Positions 47,290-56,444 of a stretch of DNA of 64,000 nt are shown piece by piece. A program made the position numbers and the translations under genes. Origin of the DNA: an uncultured Acidobacteriaceae bacterium (GTDB lineage: Bacteria > Acidobacteriota > Terriglobia > Terriglobales > Acidobacteriaceae); the NCBI GenBank assembly GCA_963760415.1, contig CAVXDA010000015.1, positions 168,184-232,183 on the forward strand. Reading direction: 5' to 3'. The notes below the pieces were generated by a model. That model was not told the DNA's origin, made no database searches, and saw only the letters and a program-made list of their open reading frames with translations. How positions within the stretch are numbered: position 1 is the first letter of the stretch; each line of letters starts with the position of its first letter.

Positions 47290-48201
47290 ATGAGGATTTC
47301 TGCACTGCGATCGGCCATGAGCACGACTCGGAAGATTATTTTCTGCATCGGCGTATTTGCGGTTGCTGTCGCATTGCTGTACCCGCAGCATATTCACGCA
47401 CAGAAGCAGGAGATCGTCTGGAGCGCGCAAGAGAAGCCGATCGCCGACCAAATCCACGGACTTCGTAAGTTGCCCGATGACGTGAGGGCCAGCACCACGA
47501 GAGAGCTTGCACTGCAGATCCGGCAGCTGCCCGCGACGCCCAACAAGCTTCGCCTGGCGGTCGGTCTTGCGAGTCTGTCCACCGAAGGCGACTTCGGGCA
47601 TGACACTTTGCAAGAGGTCACGACTACCCTGGCCGACACTCTGCGTCAGCAGCCCGTGCCCGACGAGAAAGGTCAGCCAGCCGCGCCCTACGTCGAGCTT
47701 GCGGAACTGGTGCGCTACGAGCATGTGCAGACCACGCTGGATGCCCCACAATTGAAAGCCGCCATGGCCAAGCTTGAAGCGGATGACCAGGTCCGGCAGA
47801 AGGCCGATTTCACGCTCACCGACCTGCAGGGAAAGACCTGGACGTTCAGTGCCCTGCGCGGAAAGGTGGTGCTGGTGAACTTCTGGGCGACCTGGTGTCC
47901 GCCGTGCCGCAAAGAAATGCCGGATCTGGAAGCGCTTTACAACCGGTTCAAGGATCAGGGACTGGTCATCCTGGCGATCTCCGACGAAGAGGCTGCAAAA
48001 GTCCAGCCGTTCCTTGCCGAGCGCAAGATCACCTATCCGGTCATGCTCGACCCGGGACGCAAGGTGAACGATTTGTTCCAAGTTGAAGGCATCCCGAAGA
48101 GCTTCGTGTACAACCGCGAGGGAAAGCTGGTAACCGAGTCGATTGACATGCGCACTCAGGGGCAATTCTTGCAAATGCTGGCGCAAGCCGGAATGCAATA
48201 G
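47290..48201 (+). CDS. TlpA-like thioredoxin-fold protein with an extra N-terminal domain
   Basis: N-terminal anchor KIIFCIGVFAVAVALLY and C-terminal VVLVNFWATWCPPCRKEMPDLEALYNRFKDQGLVILAIS...GIPKSFVYNREGKL. The ATG at 47290 is chosen over the upstream alternative start at 47188. Confidence 0.78.
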   Translation: MRISALRSAMSTTRKIIFCIGVFAVAVALLYPQHIHAQKQEIVWSAQEKPIADQIHGLRKLPDDVRASTTRELALQIRQLPATPNKLRLAVGLASLSTEGDFGHDTLQEVTTTLADTLRQQPVPDEKGQPAAPYVELAELVRYEHVQTTLDAPQLKAAMAKLEADDQVRQKADFTLTDLQGKTWTFSALRGKVVLVNFWATWCPPCRKEMPDLEALYNRFKDQGLVILAISDEEAAKVQPFLAERKITYPVMLDPGRKVNDLFQVEGIPKSFVYNREGKLVTESIDMRTQGQFLQMLAQAGMQ

Positions 48202-48358
48202 AAGCCTGAGCGACGACTGACTGCTCAGCAGGGGGTTCGCTATCAACGTCTCGCTATTTGCCAGCGCATACGGTAAAGATGACCGTTGAAGTGTTTACCC
48301 GCAACTGATCGCGCAGGACCGGGAAGTCCATCGCCGGTGCTATCCTGACCTCGTCTCC

Positions 48359-49267
48359 ATGCGTATCACCAGCCGCAAGACAGCCATCGCATTTTTCGTC
48401 ACGCTGGGCGTGTCGCTGGCTGCAGCGGCCATGGTGCTCAACATCAGTTGGATCATTCTCAACTGGCGCGAGCTGGTTCCGCTGATTCTGGGTGTCATTT
48501 TTTTCGGATTCATCATCGCGGGCGTCATTCTCAACACGATCTTCCTGGTGCGCGAGATCCGCCGCAATGAGCAGCAGAACAGTTTCCTGAACGCGGTGAC
48601 CCATGAGCTGAAGACACCGATCACCTCCATCCGTCTTTATCTGGAAACGCTGCAGAAGCGCGACCTCGACGCGAAACAGCGCGGCGAGTTTTATCAGGTT
48701 ATGCTGGAAGACACGCAGCGCCTGATGGGCACGGTCGAGCAGGTGTTGCGCGCGGCTCGGATCGTGCAGAAAAACGCGCCGCTTTCGCGGGCCGAAGTCG
48801 CCGTCGGCCCGCTGGTGCAGGAGGCGGTGGATCTGGCCCGCTCCCGCCATCATCTCTCTACTGATGCGCTGGATTGGAAGCAGGACGGCCGTCCCGCCGG
48901 GCAGCTCTCGGTGATGGGCGATCGGGAGGAGCTCTTCACAGCCTTGTCGAATGTGCTCGACAATGCTGTAAAGTACTCCCCCACCGATCCGAACATTCGG
49001 GTCGAGGTGGTCACCCCCGAACTGCGCACGGTACAAATTCGCGTGCGTGATAATGGGGTTGGGATCCCGCGGGGCGAACTGAAACGTGTCTTCAAGCGCT
49101 TCTATCGCGTGCTGACGCCTGGCCCGACGCAGGTGAAAGGCAGCGGTCTGGGATTGTTTATAGTGCGCGCCGTTGCGAGCCGCCACGGTGGCGACGCTTA
49201 CGCCGAGAGCGATGGTGCAGGTCAAGGCACCACCGTGATCATCGAATTGCCGAGGAACTCGCAGTGA
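48359..49267 (+). CDS. Two-component sensor histidine kinase (two TM helices, HisKA, HATPase_c)
   Basis: H-box FLNAVTHELKTPITSIRLYLETL, N-box LSNVLDNAVKYS, and G-boxes VRDNGVGIP and GSGLGLFIVRAVASRHGG. Confidence 0.88.
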   Translation: MRITSRKTAIAFFVTLGVSLAAAAMVLNISWIILNWRELVPLILGVIFFGFIIAGVILNTIFLVREIRRNEQQNSFLNAVTHELKTPITSIRLYLETLQKRDLDAKQRGEFYQVMLEDTQRLMGTVEQVLRAARIVQKNAPLSRAEVAVGPLVQEAVDLARSRHHLSTDALDWKQDGRPAGQLSVMGDREELFTALSNVLDNAVKYSPTDPNIRVEVVTPELRTVQIRVRDNGVGIPRGELKRVFKRFYRVLTPGPTQVKGSGLGLFIVRAVASRHGGDAYAESDGAGQGTTVIIELPRNSQ

Positions 49268-50028
49268 ACGAAATCCTTTTGGTGGAAGACGAAGAGCATT
49301 TGGCGCGCGGTCTGAAGTTCAACCTGGAGGCCGAAGGCTATCCGACCAGCGTGGTGGGCGATGGCGAAAGCGCGCTGGACCTGCTTCTGAAGAAGCACAA
49401 CGAGTTCGACCTGTTGGTACTCGACGTCATGCTTCCCGGCAAGGACGGCTTTGCAGTTGCGGCGGAACTGCGCAAAGCGAGCAACTATATACCTGTGCTG
49501 ATGCTGACGGCGCGGGGTCAGCCAGACGATGTCCTGAAAGGCTTTGAGGCAGGCGCCGACGATTACCTGCCGAAGCCGTTCGATCTTGCCATTCTGCTGG
49601 CGCGCATTCGTGGCCTGTTGCGGCGTCGCGACTGGGGACGCACCCTGCTCACCAATCCTCCGGCAGGGTCGCGGGTTGCGGAACCAAAAGACGCCGAAGC
49701 CTTGCGCGAGTTTGATGTCTATGAATTCGACGGAAAGCAAGTGGACTTCGGAACGCTTGAGCTGCGGGCCAATGGCAAGATCTTCCGTCTGACCTTGATG
49801 GAGGCTGAACTGCTGCGCCATCTCATCCGCAAAAGTGGAAAGATCGTGTCCCGCAAATCCATTCTCGAAGAGGTGTGGGGACTGCGGGAGGACACCGACA
49901 CTCGGGCCATCGACAATTTCGTGGTCCGGCTGCGCAAGTATATCGAGAAGGATCCCGCGCATCCCCGGCATTTGCTGACCGTACGCGGAGTGGGCTACCG
50001 GTTCCTGCCAGAGCCAGCCGCGAGTTGA
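49264..50028 (+). CDS. OmpR-family response regulator
   Basis: ILLVEDEEHLARGLKFNLEAEGY...DLLVLDVMLPGKDG...MLTARGQPDDVLKGFEAGADDYLPKPF...LTLMEAELLRHL...RAIDNFVVRLRKYIE...LLTVRGVGYRF. There is a 4-bp overlap with the kinase gene. Confidence 0.9.
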   Translation: MNEILLVEDEEHLARGLKFNLEAEGYPTSVVGDGESALDLLLKKHNEFDLLVLDVMLPGKDGFAVAAELRKASNYIPVLMLTARGQPDDVLKGFEAGADDYLPKPFDLAILLARIRGLLRRRDWGRTLLTNPPAGSRVAEPKDAEALREFDVYEFDGKQVDFGTLELRANGKIFRLTLMEAELLRHLIRKSGKIVSRKSILEEVWGLREDTDTRAIDNFVVRLRKYIEKDPAHPRHLLTVRGVGYRFLPEPAAS

Positions 50029-50093
50029 CTCAACCTTATGCTTGGTCATCCGCGGCGTTCCCGTCTGTGCCTCGGGTCTGCGCGGCGGGTTCG

Positions 50094-51598
50094 TCATTTT
50101 CCGAATTCCAGCACATTGATATCGGTGAACTGCCGCATTTCCGGCGTACCGAAAGTGGCTTGCAGCTTCGCAGCCAGGGCCGGATCGCGTTGCTCCAGAT
50201 CAGAGGCGCGGGCACCGGAACCGTAGAGCACAACCCACACATGACGAAATTGCCGTGGATCAGAATTCAGAGCCTGCAGCAGATTGTGCTCGTCCTCGCC
50301 GACGCCATAATATGGCGGCGCAAATACGTGGACTGACGGAGGACTTTGCCAGTCGCGGTCGCGATAGTAGTCGAGCATGGTGCGCGTGTAGAAGGGAAAG
50401 AAAACGACTGCGTCTCCCGCTTGCGCTGAGGTCAGGATCGCGTTGCTGGCGGCGCGCCAGTCTTCGCGCGGTTTGCGGTAGTCCTTCACGATCGCGGGTA
50501 TCGACATCGCGCACAGGGCGATTACCAGAACAATCCCGGCATACATTTTCTTCAGCGCAGTCATTCCGACTGCGGCGAGCAAGATCGTCGCCGGCAGCGA
50601 AAAGATCAGGTAGCGCTGCATGAAAATCGGGTGACGCAGCGAGACCAGGGCCGTAATCACGGCGGGCAAGAACAGCCCACGAGACGATCAGCATTCCTCT
50701 CCAGAACACTTCAGAGTCACGTCGTCGCGTTCGCGCAATCGCGACCAGCCCGGCAATCCACAAAATGAGAGCGAGAAGAACTTTGACACCGCTTCCGCCA
50801 AAGAACTTGGCCAGAAGCCATATCTCATGCGGTGTCGCTTGCGGCATCCAGATGAAGTGCAGGTTTTCGGGTGAGGCGCGAAATACGTAGGTCAGACCGG
50901 GCACAGCCGCCGCCAAAATCAGCATTCCGCAGACTGCTACCGGTCTCCAGGTCCTGAGCGGTGTCTTACGGAAGAGCAGGGAGCAGACCTGCGCCACCAG
51001 CACCAACGCAGCGAAGTCATGACTGTAGAACGCAAGTATGCTGAAGACCGTCCACAGCACCCAGTCTCTGCGCCGCCCCTCTTCCACCGCGCGCACAAAA
51101 AAGTACGAAGACAGCAGCACCAGGAAGATTGTCAACGTATAGCTGCGAGCTTCGTGGGAGTAGTACACATGGGCCGGGCTGAAAGTCAGCAGCGCTGCCG
51201 ACGCCAACGCCACGCCAAGTGGCGCCAATCTGCGAGCCACGACGTACAGCAGCGGGACCGACGCGATTCCGAACAGCGCCGACGGCAGCCGCAGCCACGC
51301 CTCGCTCAGACCCGCCGTGGATCCAGCCGCGCATCAGCAGGAAGTACACCGTCTGCAGGTTGGCTTCGCCGTGCCACCACACCCACGCGAAGTGCTGCCA
51401 GGAAGCGCGAGCCAGCGCCACCGTGGCGCCTTCATCCAGCCAAAGGCTCTTAGTGCCGAGATGCGACAGCCGAAGCCATGCTGCAAGCAGCGTCAGAAAA
51501 ACCAACACAAGGACCGCAGTCGTATTCCTTGGGTCGCGCGCCGGCACGGTCTGCTTCCGCGAATCGTCGGCTACAGCACGCTCGCTGGCTAAGGCCAT
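50094..51598 (-). pseudogene. GT39/PMT_2-like (ArnT-type) membrane glycosyltransferase, at least 2 frameshifts
   Basis: SLWLDEGATVALARASWQHFAWVWWHGEANLQTVYFLLMRGW, then a shift near 51290, then ..LAPLGVALASAALLTFSPAHVYYSHEARSYTLTIFL..., then a shift near 50680, then AVITALVSLRHPIFMQRYLIFSLPA...; the C-terminal part is soluble. Confidence 0.65.
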
Positions 51599-51668
51599 AA
51601 ACAGTGAATGTTACCAGTCCTCCTGCAGCCGGTTCCGGGCATATCAGTATTCCAGTCGCCGCAGGTTG

Positions 51669-52658
51669 TCACGCGGCCACCGCCTTTTGAGGCGCCGAGC
51701 CGAGCGCTTGGGAAAGTTTTTGCGATGCCCATTGAACAGCTGCCCTGGTAGCAGGTGTATTGGCCAAAGCATTCAACAAGGCAAAGTCGTGATGCGTGGC
51801 TAGAACCCGGATCGCCGTGACTTCCACACCAGCTTGTATCAGCTTTCTGGCATAGGCCTCGCCCTCGTCGCGCAGGATGTCGTTCTCGTCCACCATGATC
51901 AGCGCCGGAGGCAGGCCCTTCAATTGTTCTGAGCTCGCCGATAGTGGAGCAGCCGTGGTCTTCTTGCGGTCGTCCTGGTTGGGTGCGTATGCATCCCAGA
52001 ACCACTCCATCGCGCGCTTCGTCAGCCAAGGACCATTGGCAAACTCCTCGTACGATTTCTGCGACAGGCTCGAATCGGTCACCGGATAGAAAAGCACCTG
52101 ATAGCGGATCGCCGGCCCTTCGCGCTCCTTGGCCAGCTGCGTAACCACCGCGACCATGTTGCCGCCCACGCTGTCGCCGGCCACCGCCAGGCGGCTGCTA
52201 TCGAACCCAAATTCCTGTCCGTGCTCAGCGATGTATTTGGTCGCCGCATAGTCCTGCTCGATCGGCACCGGAAATTGCGCCTCGGGAGAGCGCGTATAGT
52301 TCACAAACACGAACGCCGCGCCGGTGCCGTTCACCAGGTCGCGCAGCAATCGGTCATGGGTATTCTTGCTGCCCAGTATCCAACCACCACCGTGGAAATA
52401 CATCACCACCGGCAGCGGGCCCTTAGCGCCCTTAGGCCGATAGATGCGAACCGAAACCTGACCCCCAGGACCAACTGGAAGGACTTTTTCTTCCACATCG
52501 GCAGGCAGTTTTGTGACCTCGATCGCCTGCGCATCCTCCAGCAACTTGCGGGCGTCGGCGTAGGAGAGTTCGTACAGTGGCTTTCCTCCCTGCGCAGCGA
52601 GGGCATCGACGAAGGCTTGGGTTGTAGGCTCGAGAACCGGCTTTCTCTCATCGCTCAT
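51669..52658 (-). CDS. Alpha/beta hydrolase of the hormone-sensitive-lipase (esterase/lipase) family
   Basis: Oxyanion HGGG motif (VVMYFHGGGWILGS), nucleophile elbow GDSVGGNM, and C-terminal ...DILRDEGEAYA...HDF. The ATG at 52658 is preceded by agaaaggaa. Confidence 0.82.
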   Translation of the reverse strand: MSDERKPVLEPTTQAFVDALAAQGGKPLYELSYADARKLLEDAQAIEVTKLPADVEEKVLPVGPGGQVSVRIYRPKGAKGPLPVVMYFHGGGWILGSKNTHDRLLRDLVNGTGAAFVFVNYTRSPEAQFPVPIEQDYAATKYIAEHGQEFGFDSSRLAVAGDSVGGNMVAVVTQLAKEREGPAIRYQVLFYPVTDSSLSQKSYEEFANGPWLTKRAMEWFWDAYAPNQDDRKKTTAAPLSASSEQLKGLPPALIMVDENDILRDEGEAYARKLIQAGVEVTAIRVLATHHDFALLNALANTPATRAAVQWASQKLSQALGSAPQKAVAA

Positions 52659-52771
52659 GACGGATTCCTTTCTAATGTTTATGGATTTCGCTGATTGCGA
52701 ATGAAATGCATGAGGCATTGGATGCACTAGGGTGGATATGGATTTAGTGACCGGAGTCGAGCTGATGGCTG

Positions 52772-55015
52772 CTAGCGCGCCCGCGCCAGCACCAGGGTAA
52801 TGTCGTCGGGCTGTTCGTTGCCGGCGATCCAGTCGGAGACCGCGCCGGTGACGATATCGCTGATGCGGGCCAGCGGTTGATCGCGATGGCTCTGGATGAG
52901 CTCGATGAGGCGCTCCTCACCGAACTCGCCGAATTCGTTTTCCGGCTCGGTGATGCCGTCGCTATAAGCGACGAAGATGTCACCCGGCTCCATGATGACG
53001 GTGTTCTCGTGATAGGTGGTGCCGTCGAAGAGGCCGACGACGGTGTCCGAAGTTTCCAGTCGCCTGATGCGTTCCTTGCCGCTCAGCACCAGCGGAGGCA
53101 GATGTCCGGCGTTGGAATAGGTCAGAGCGCGTAAGCCCGCATCGTAGCAGGCGAGAAACATGGTGGCGTATTTCTCCAGCGGCGTGCTGCGGTAGAGCTG
53201 GTAATTCAGGGTGGCCATCAGCACCGCGGGCGAAAGCGAGGAGTCGCCGTTGCCGTCGCTGCGGCAGTACATGGGAAGGGCGCTGCTTTCCGGGACACCG
53301 GCTCCGATGGCGACCGATGCTAAAGTGCGCTCCGGCTCGAGCGCATAGGCACGCACGAAAGCGTGCAACGTGGCCATCAGCAGTGCCGCCGAAATACCTT
53401 TGCCACTGATGTCTCCCACCGCCAGCATGAGCTTGTCTTCGCGCAGCGGTATGAAGTCGTAGTAGTCGCCGCTCACGGTGCGGGCCGGGCGGCACGTCCC
53501 ATGCACCTCCAGCGAAGGCAGGCCGGAGAGATCGGCAGGGAAGAGCAGGTTCTGCACTTCGTGCGCGATGGCCAGTTCGCCTTCCAGCCGCTGCTTTTCC
53601 TTTTGCTCCGTGATCAGCTTGGACAGCGACTCGCTCATGGAGTTGAACGACTGCTCCAGCGCGGCCATCTGGTCCTGGGTGTGCACCTGGATGCGGTGGG
53701 TCAGGTCGCCGCGGTTGATGTGTCCGGTTGCGTCGTAGAGATCGGCGACGGACTTGGTCATGCTCCGCGAGAGCCTAACGCCGATAAACAGGGCGATCAG
53801 TTCAATGACGGCGAAGAAGATGGCGATGCCGGTCAGCACATCCAAAAAGATCTTGGACTTTTCGCCGAGGGTGCTGAACAGCGTGGCATAGAGCATCGAG
53901 GGGCGGGTCTCGACCAGCATCAGGCCGTCCACCGATTTGCCGGATTGCCAATCGACAGCGCCGAAGCGCGTGGCAAAAGGAAACTGGAAGTCGAAGCCGT
54001 TGACCGCCGGCGGAACCTTTCCTGCCTCCACCCGGCCGCTCTCGTTGGACAAGCTCACCGTGGCACGTGTTCCGCCGACACCGATGGACAGCGTAGTGGG
54101 CCGGGACGCAAGGCGCTTGGTGATGTCCGGCACTGCCGATGAATGGAGCGGCGGAGCCGCCATCGAAGAGAGCGTCGCCGGTGGGGCGGCGGATGGCTGC
54201 GGCGCAGGCGTTCCACTGGTCTCAATTTCCGGCGGCAGAATCGAGACCGATCCCAATTGCGCCGCGGTGCCGCGCAAAAGTTCCGTCGTCACCGGCACGT
54301 TGGAGATTACGATGAGGCGGCGCCCGGCGTCGTCGAAGCGCTTCACAGCGCGCAGATGCAGGCGCTTGCCATCGAGCACGATGCCGCTGAAGTCGCCCTT
54401 GACTTCCGGAGAGAGCCGGATGGGTTGGGCCTCAGCGCCCTGGCGGTCAGGTGGGACAACGAAGCCATGCTCACCGTCCCATATGGTCACGGTGCGATGG
54501 CGAAAATTTTCTGCCGAGGCGCGGGCGACTTCGTCGGCCAGCCGCTCGGTCAAGCTGCCGCTCCTGACCATGCTGCGAAGTTGCACCGCGAGCGAACGGT
54601 TGGCTGATTCGAGGTGCTGCAACTCCGACTGCAAGTCCGCCGAGGCGACGAAGGTGGCAAATTGCCCAGCGAACAGATAGCCCGCCAGCAGGGCCATGGC
54701 GATCAACAAAAGGATCGGAATGACACCTATGAAGACGTAGGTAACGATCAAGCGGTTGCGCAGCCGCCACATGAGCCGCCGGCGCACCCAGCGGAACAGC
54801 ATGAAAAAGCCGCAGGCGACGAAAACGTAAAGAACGAAGCCAGCCCAGCCGTTCAGCATCGTGCCCGAAGGCGACCGCGTGATCAGGCGCAGCAGTTGGA
54901 GAAGCAACGCCAGGCCGCCGAACCAGAGGGTCGTCTTGCCCAACTTGGTCTTAGGGCGCAAGACGCGCCGCAGCCAGGCTTTGATCTCAGTCGAATCTGG
55001 AAGTTTGGGCGCCAT
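52772..55015 (-). CDS. Membrane sensor PP2C/SpoIIE-family serine phosphatase with a HAMP domain
   Basis: N-terminal TM helices and a periplasmic-type region are followed by the HAMP segment (RLSRSMTKSVADLYDATGHINRGDLTHRI). The PP2C part reads (LAIAHEVQNLLFP, VSGDYYDF, VGDISGKGISAALLMATL, FVAYSDGITE, DDITLVLA). 747 aa. Confidence 0.85.
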   Translation of the reverse strand: MAPKLPDSTEIKAWLRRVLRPKTKLGKTTLWFGGLALLLQLLRLITRSPSGTMLNGWAGFVLYVFVACGFFMLFRWVRRRLMWRLRNRLIVTYVFIGVIPILLLIAMALLAGYLFAGQFATFVASADLQSELQHLESANRSLAVQLRSMVRSGSLTERLADEVARASAENFRHRTVTIWDGEHGFVVPPDRQGAEAQPIRLSPEVKGDFSGIVLDGKRLHLRAVKRFDDAGRRLIVISNVPVTTELLRGTAAQLGSVSILPPEIETSGTPAPQPSAAPPATLSSMAAPPLHSSAVPDITKRLASRPTTLSIGVGGTRATVSLSNESGRVEAGKVPPAVNGFDFQFPFATRFGAVDWQSGKSVDGLMLVETRPSMLYATLFSTLGEKSKIFLDVLTGIAIFFAVIELIALFIGVRLSRSMTKSVADLYDATGHINRGDLTHRIQVHTQDQMAALEQSFNSMSESLSKLITEQKEKQRLEGELAIAHEVQNLLFPADLSGLPSLEVHGTCRPARTVSGDYYDFIPLREDKLMLAVGDISGKGISAALLMATLHAFVRAYALEPERTLASVAIGAGVPESSALPMYCRSDGNGDSSLSPAVLMATLNYQLYRSTPLEKYATMFLACYDAGLRALTYSNAGHLPPLVLSGKERIRRLETSDTVVGLFDGTTYHENTVIMEPGDIFVAYSDGITEPENEFGEFGEERLIELIQSHRDQPLARISDIVTGAVSDWIAGNEQPDDITLVLARAR

Positions 55016-55020
55016 AAAAA

Positions 55021-55068
55021 CAGTAGCCAGTGGTCAGTAGCCAGTGGTCAGTTGTCGGTTGCCAGTGC
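55021..55068. repeat. Low-complexity 'cagtggtcagtagc' repeat (family E)
   Basis: cagtagccagtggtcagtagccagtggtcagttgtcggttgccagtgcc. It is related to the tract at 32069-32130 in the opposite orientation. Confidence 0.6.
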
Positions 55069-55105
55069 CAAGAGTGCGCAGACAACCGACTCCTGGCTGC
55101 AACTG

Positions 55106-55306
55106 CTAGATCTCCGGATAGAGATCGAAAAATGCTTCCACGCTATTGCGCAACTGTTTTTCGATATCGTCCTTCGATCCCTCGACGATATGCAGAGTCA
55201 CCTGGGCCTCGCGGCCATTCTTCAGCTTCACTGTGCCCGCACCGACCTCTGCGATTTCCTCTGAGGGTAGAAGACGCATGCCGTACACCAATGTAAGCTT
55301 TGCCAT
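55106..55306 (-). CDS. Small hypothetical protein (66 aa)
   Basis: MAKLTLVYGMRLLPSEEIAEVGAGTVKLKNGREAQVTLHIVEGSKDDIEKQLRNSVEAFFDLYPEI. I recognise no family. Coding potential is judged only from ORF length and composition. Confidence 0.4.
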   Translation of the reverse strand: MAKLTLVYGMRLLPSEEIAEVGAGTVKLKNGREAQVTLHIVEGSKDDIEKQLRNSVEAFFDLYPEI

Positions 55307-55465
55307 GCTCACGATTCTAACCGTTTCGCAAACAACCGGCACTTGTTAGAATCCGGAGGGCATACCGTTCGTTAAGCATCTGAGCCCTAAGCTTTTATTT
55401 AGTTGGATCTGCCGCGCCGGGGGGCTTTGCATCTTCCGGCGTGGAGGAGAATCAAACCGACTTCT

Positions 55466-56422
55466 ATGTCAGATAACGTTCGCAACGTCATAATTATCGG
55501 CTCCGGATGTTCGGGGCTGACCGCAGCGCTCTATTCAGCGCGCGCCAATCTCAGCCCGCTGGTTATTGACGGCCACGAGCCCGGTGGCCAGCTCGCCATC
55601 ACCACGCTGGTGGAAAACTTTCCCGGCTTTCCGGAGGGCATTCAAGGTCCGGAGCTGATCGACAACATGCGCAAGCAGGCGGCCCGTTTCGGCGCGGAGT
55701 ACAAAGCCGGTCACGTGGTGAAGGTGGATCTCAGCCAGAAGACGGCCGACCTGGGCAAGAAGCCGATCGAGGTGAATCTCGGTCGCGAGACCTTGCTGAC
55801 GCGAACGCTGATTATCGCCAGTGGCGCGTCGGCGCGGTGGCTCGGCCTGCCCAGCGAGCAAGCCCTGATTGGCCACGGCGTTTCTTCCTGCGCCACCTGC
55901 GATGGGTTTTTCTTTTCGGGCAAAGAGATTGTCGTGATCGGCGGCGGCGACTCCGCGATGGAGGAGGCGCTGTTTCTTACCCGATTCGCGACCAAGGTCA
56001 CCATCATTCATCGGCGCGGTGAATTTCGTGCGTCGAAGATCATGCTCGACCGCGCTCGCAAGCACGAGCAGATTCACTTCCTCACCGACACAGTGGTGGA
56101 CGACGTTTACGACGTCGATAAGAAGGAGGTCACCGGACTTCGCTTGCGCAACGTGAAAAGCGGCGAGCAGTGGGACTTCCCGACCAGCGCCCTGTTCCTG
56201 GGTATCGGACACACGCCCAACGCGGACTTTGTGGGCGACCAACTCAAGCGGGACGGTGAAGGGTATCTCATCCCCGAGGGATTCGTTGGCTCACGTGTGC
56301 CGGGAGTGTTTATCAGCGGTGACGTAGCCGACCGCCACTATCGCCAGGCGGTTACCGCTGCGGGCACCGGATGCATGGCCGCGCTGGAAGTGGAGAAGTA
56401 TCTGGAAGCAATTGGCAAGTGA
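55466..56422 (+). CDS. trxB: Thioredoxin-disulfide reductase
   Basis: VIIIGSGCSGLTAALYSARANL (FAD GxGxxG), redox-active CATCDG, IVVIGGGDSAMEEALFL (NADPH site), and ...GVFISGDVADRHYRQAVTAAGTGCMAALE. Confidence 0.93.
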   Translation: MSDNVRNVIIIGSGCSGLTAALYSARANLSPLVIDGHEPGGQLAITTLVENFPGFPEGIQGPELIDNMRKQAARFGAEYKAGHVVKVDLSQKTADLGKKPIEVNLGRETLLTRTLIIASGASARWLGLPSEQALIGHGVSSCATCDGFFFSGKEIVVIGGGDSAMEEALFLTRFATKVTIIHRRGEFRASKIMLDRARKHEQIHFLTDTVVDDVYDVDKKEVTGLRLRNVKSGEQWDFPTSALFLGIGHTPNADFVGDQLKRDGEGYLIPEGFVGSRVPGVFISGDVADRHYRQAVTAAGTGCMAALEVEKYLEAIGK

Positions 56423-56444
56423 TGCACGTCGTGAATGATCTTAA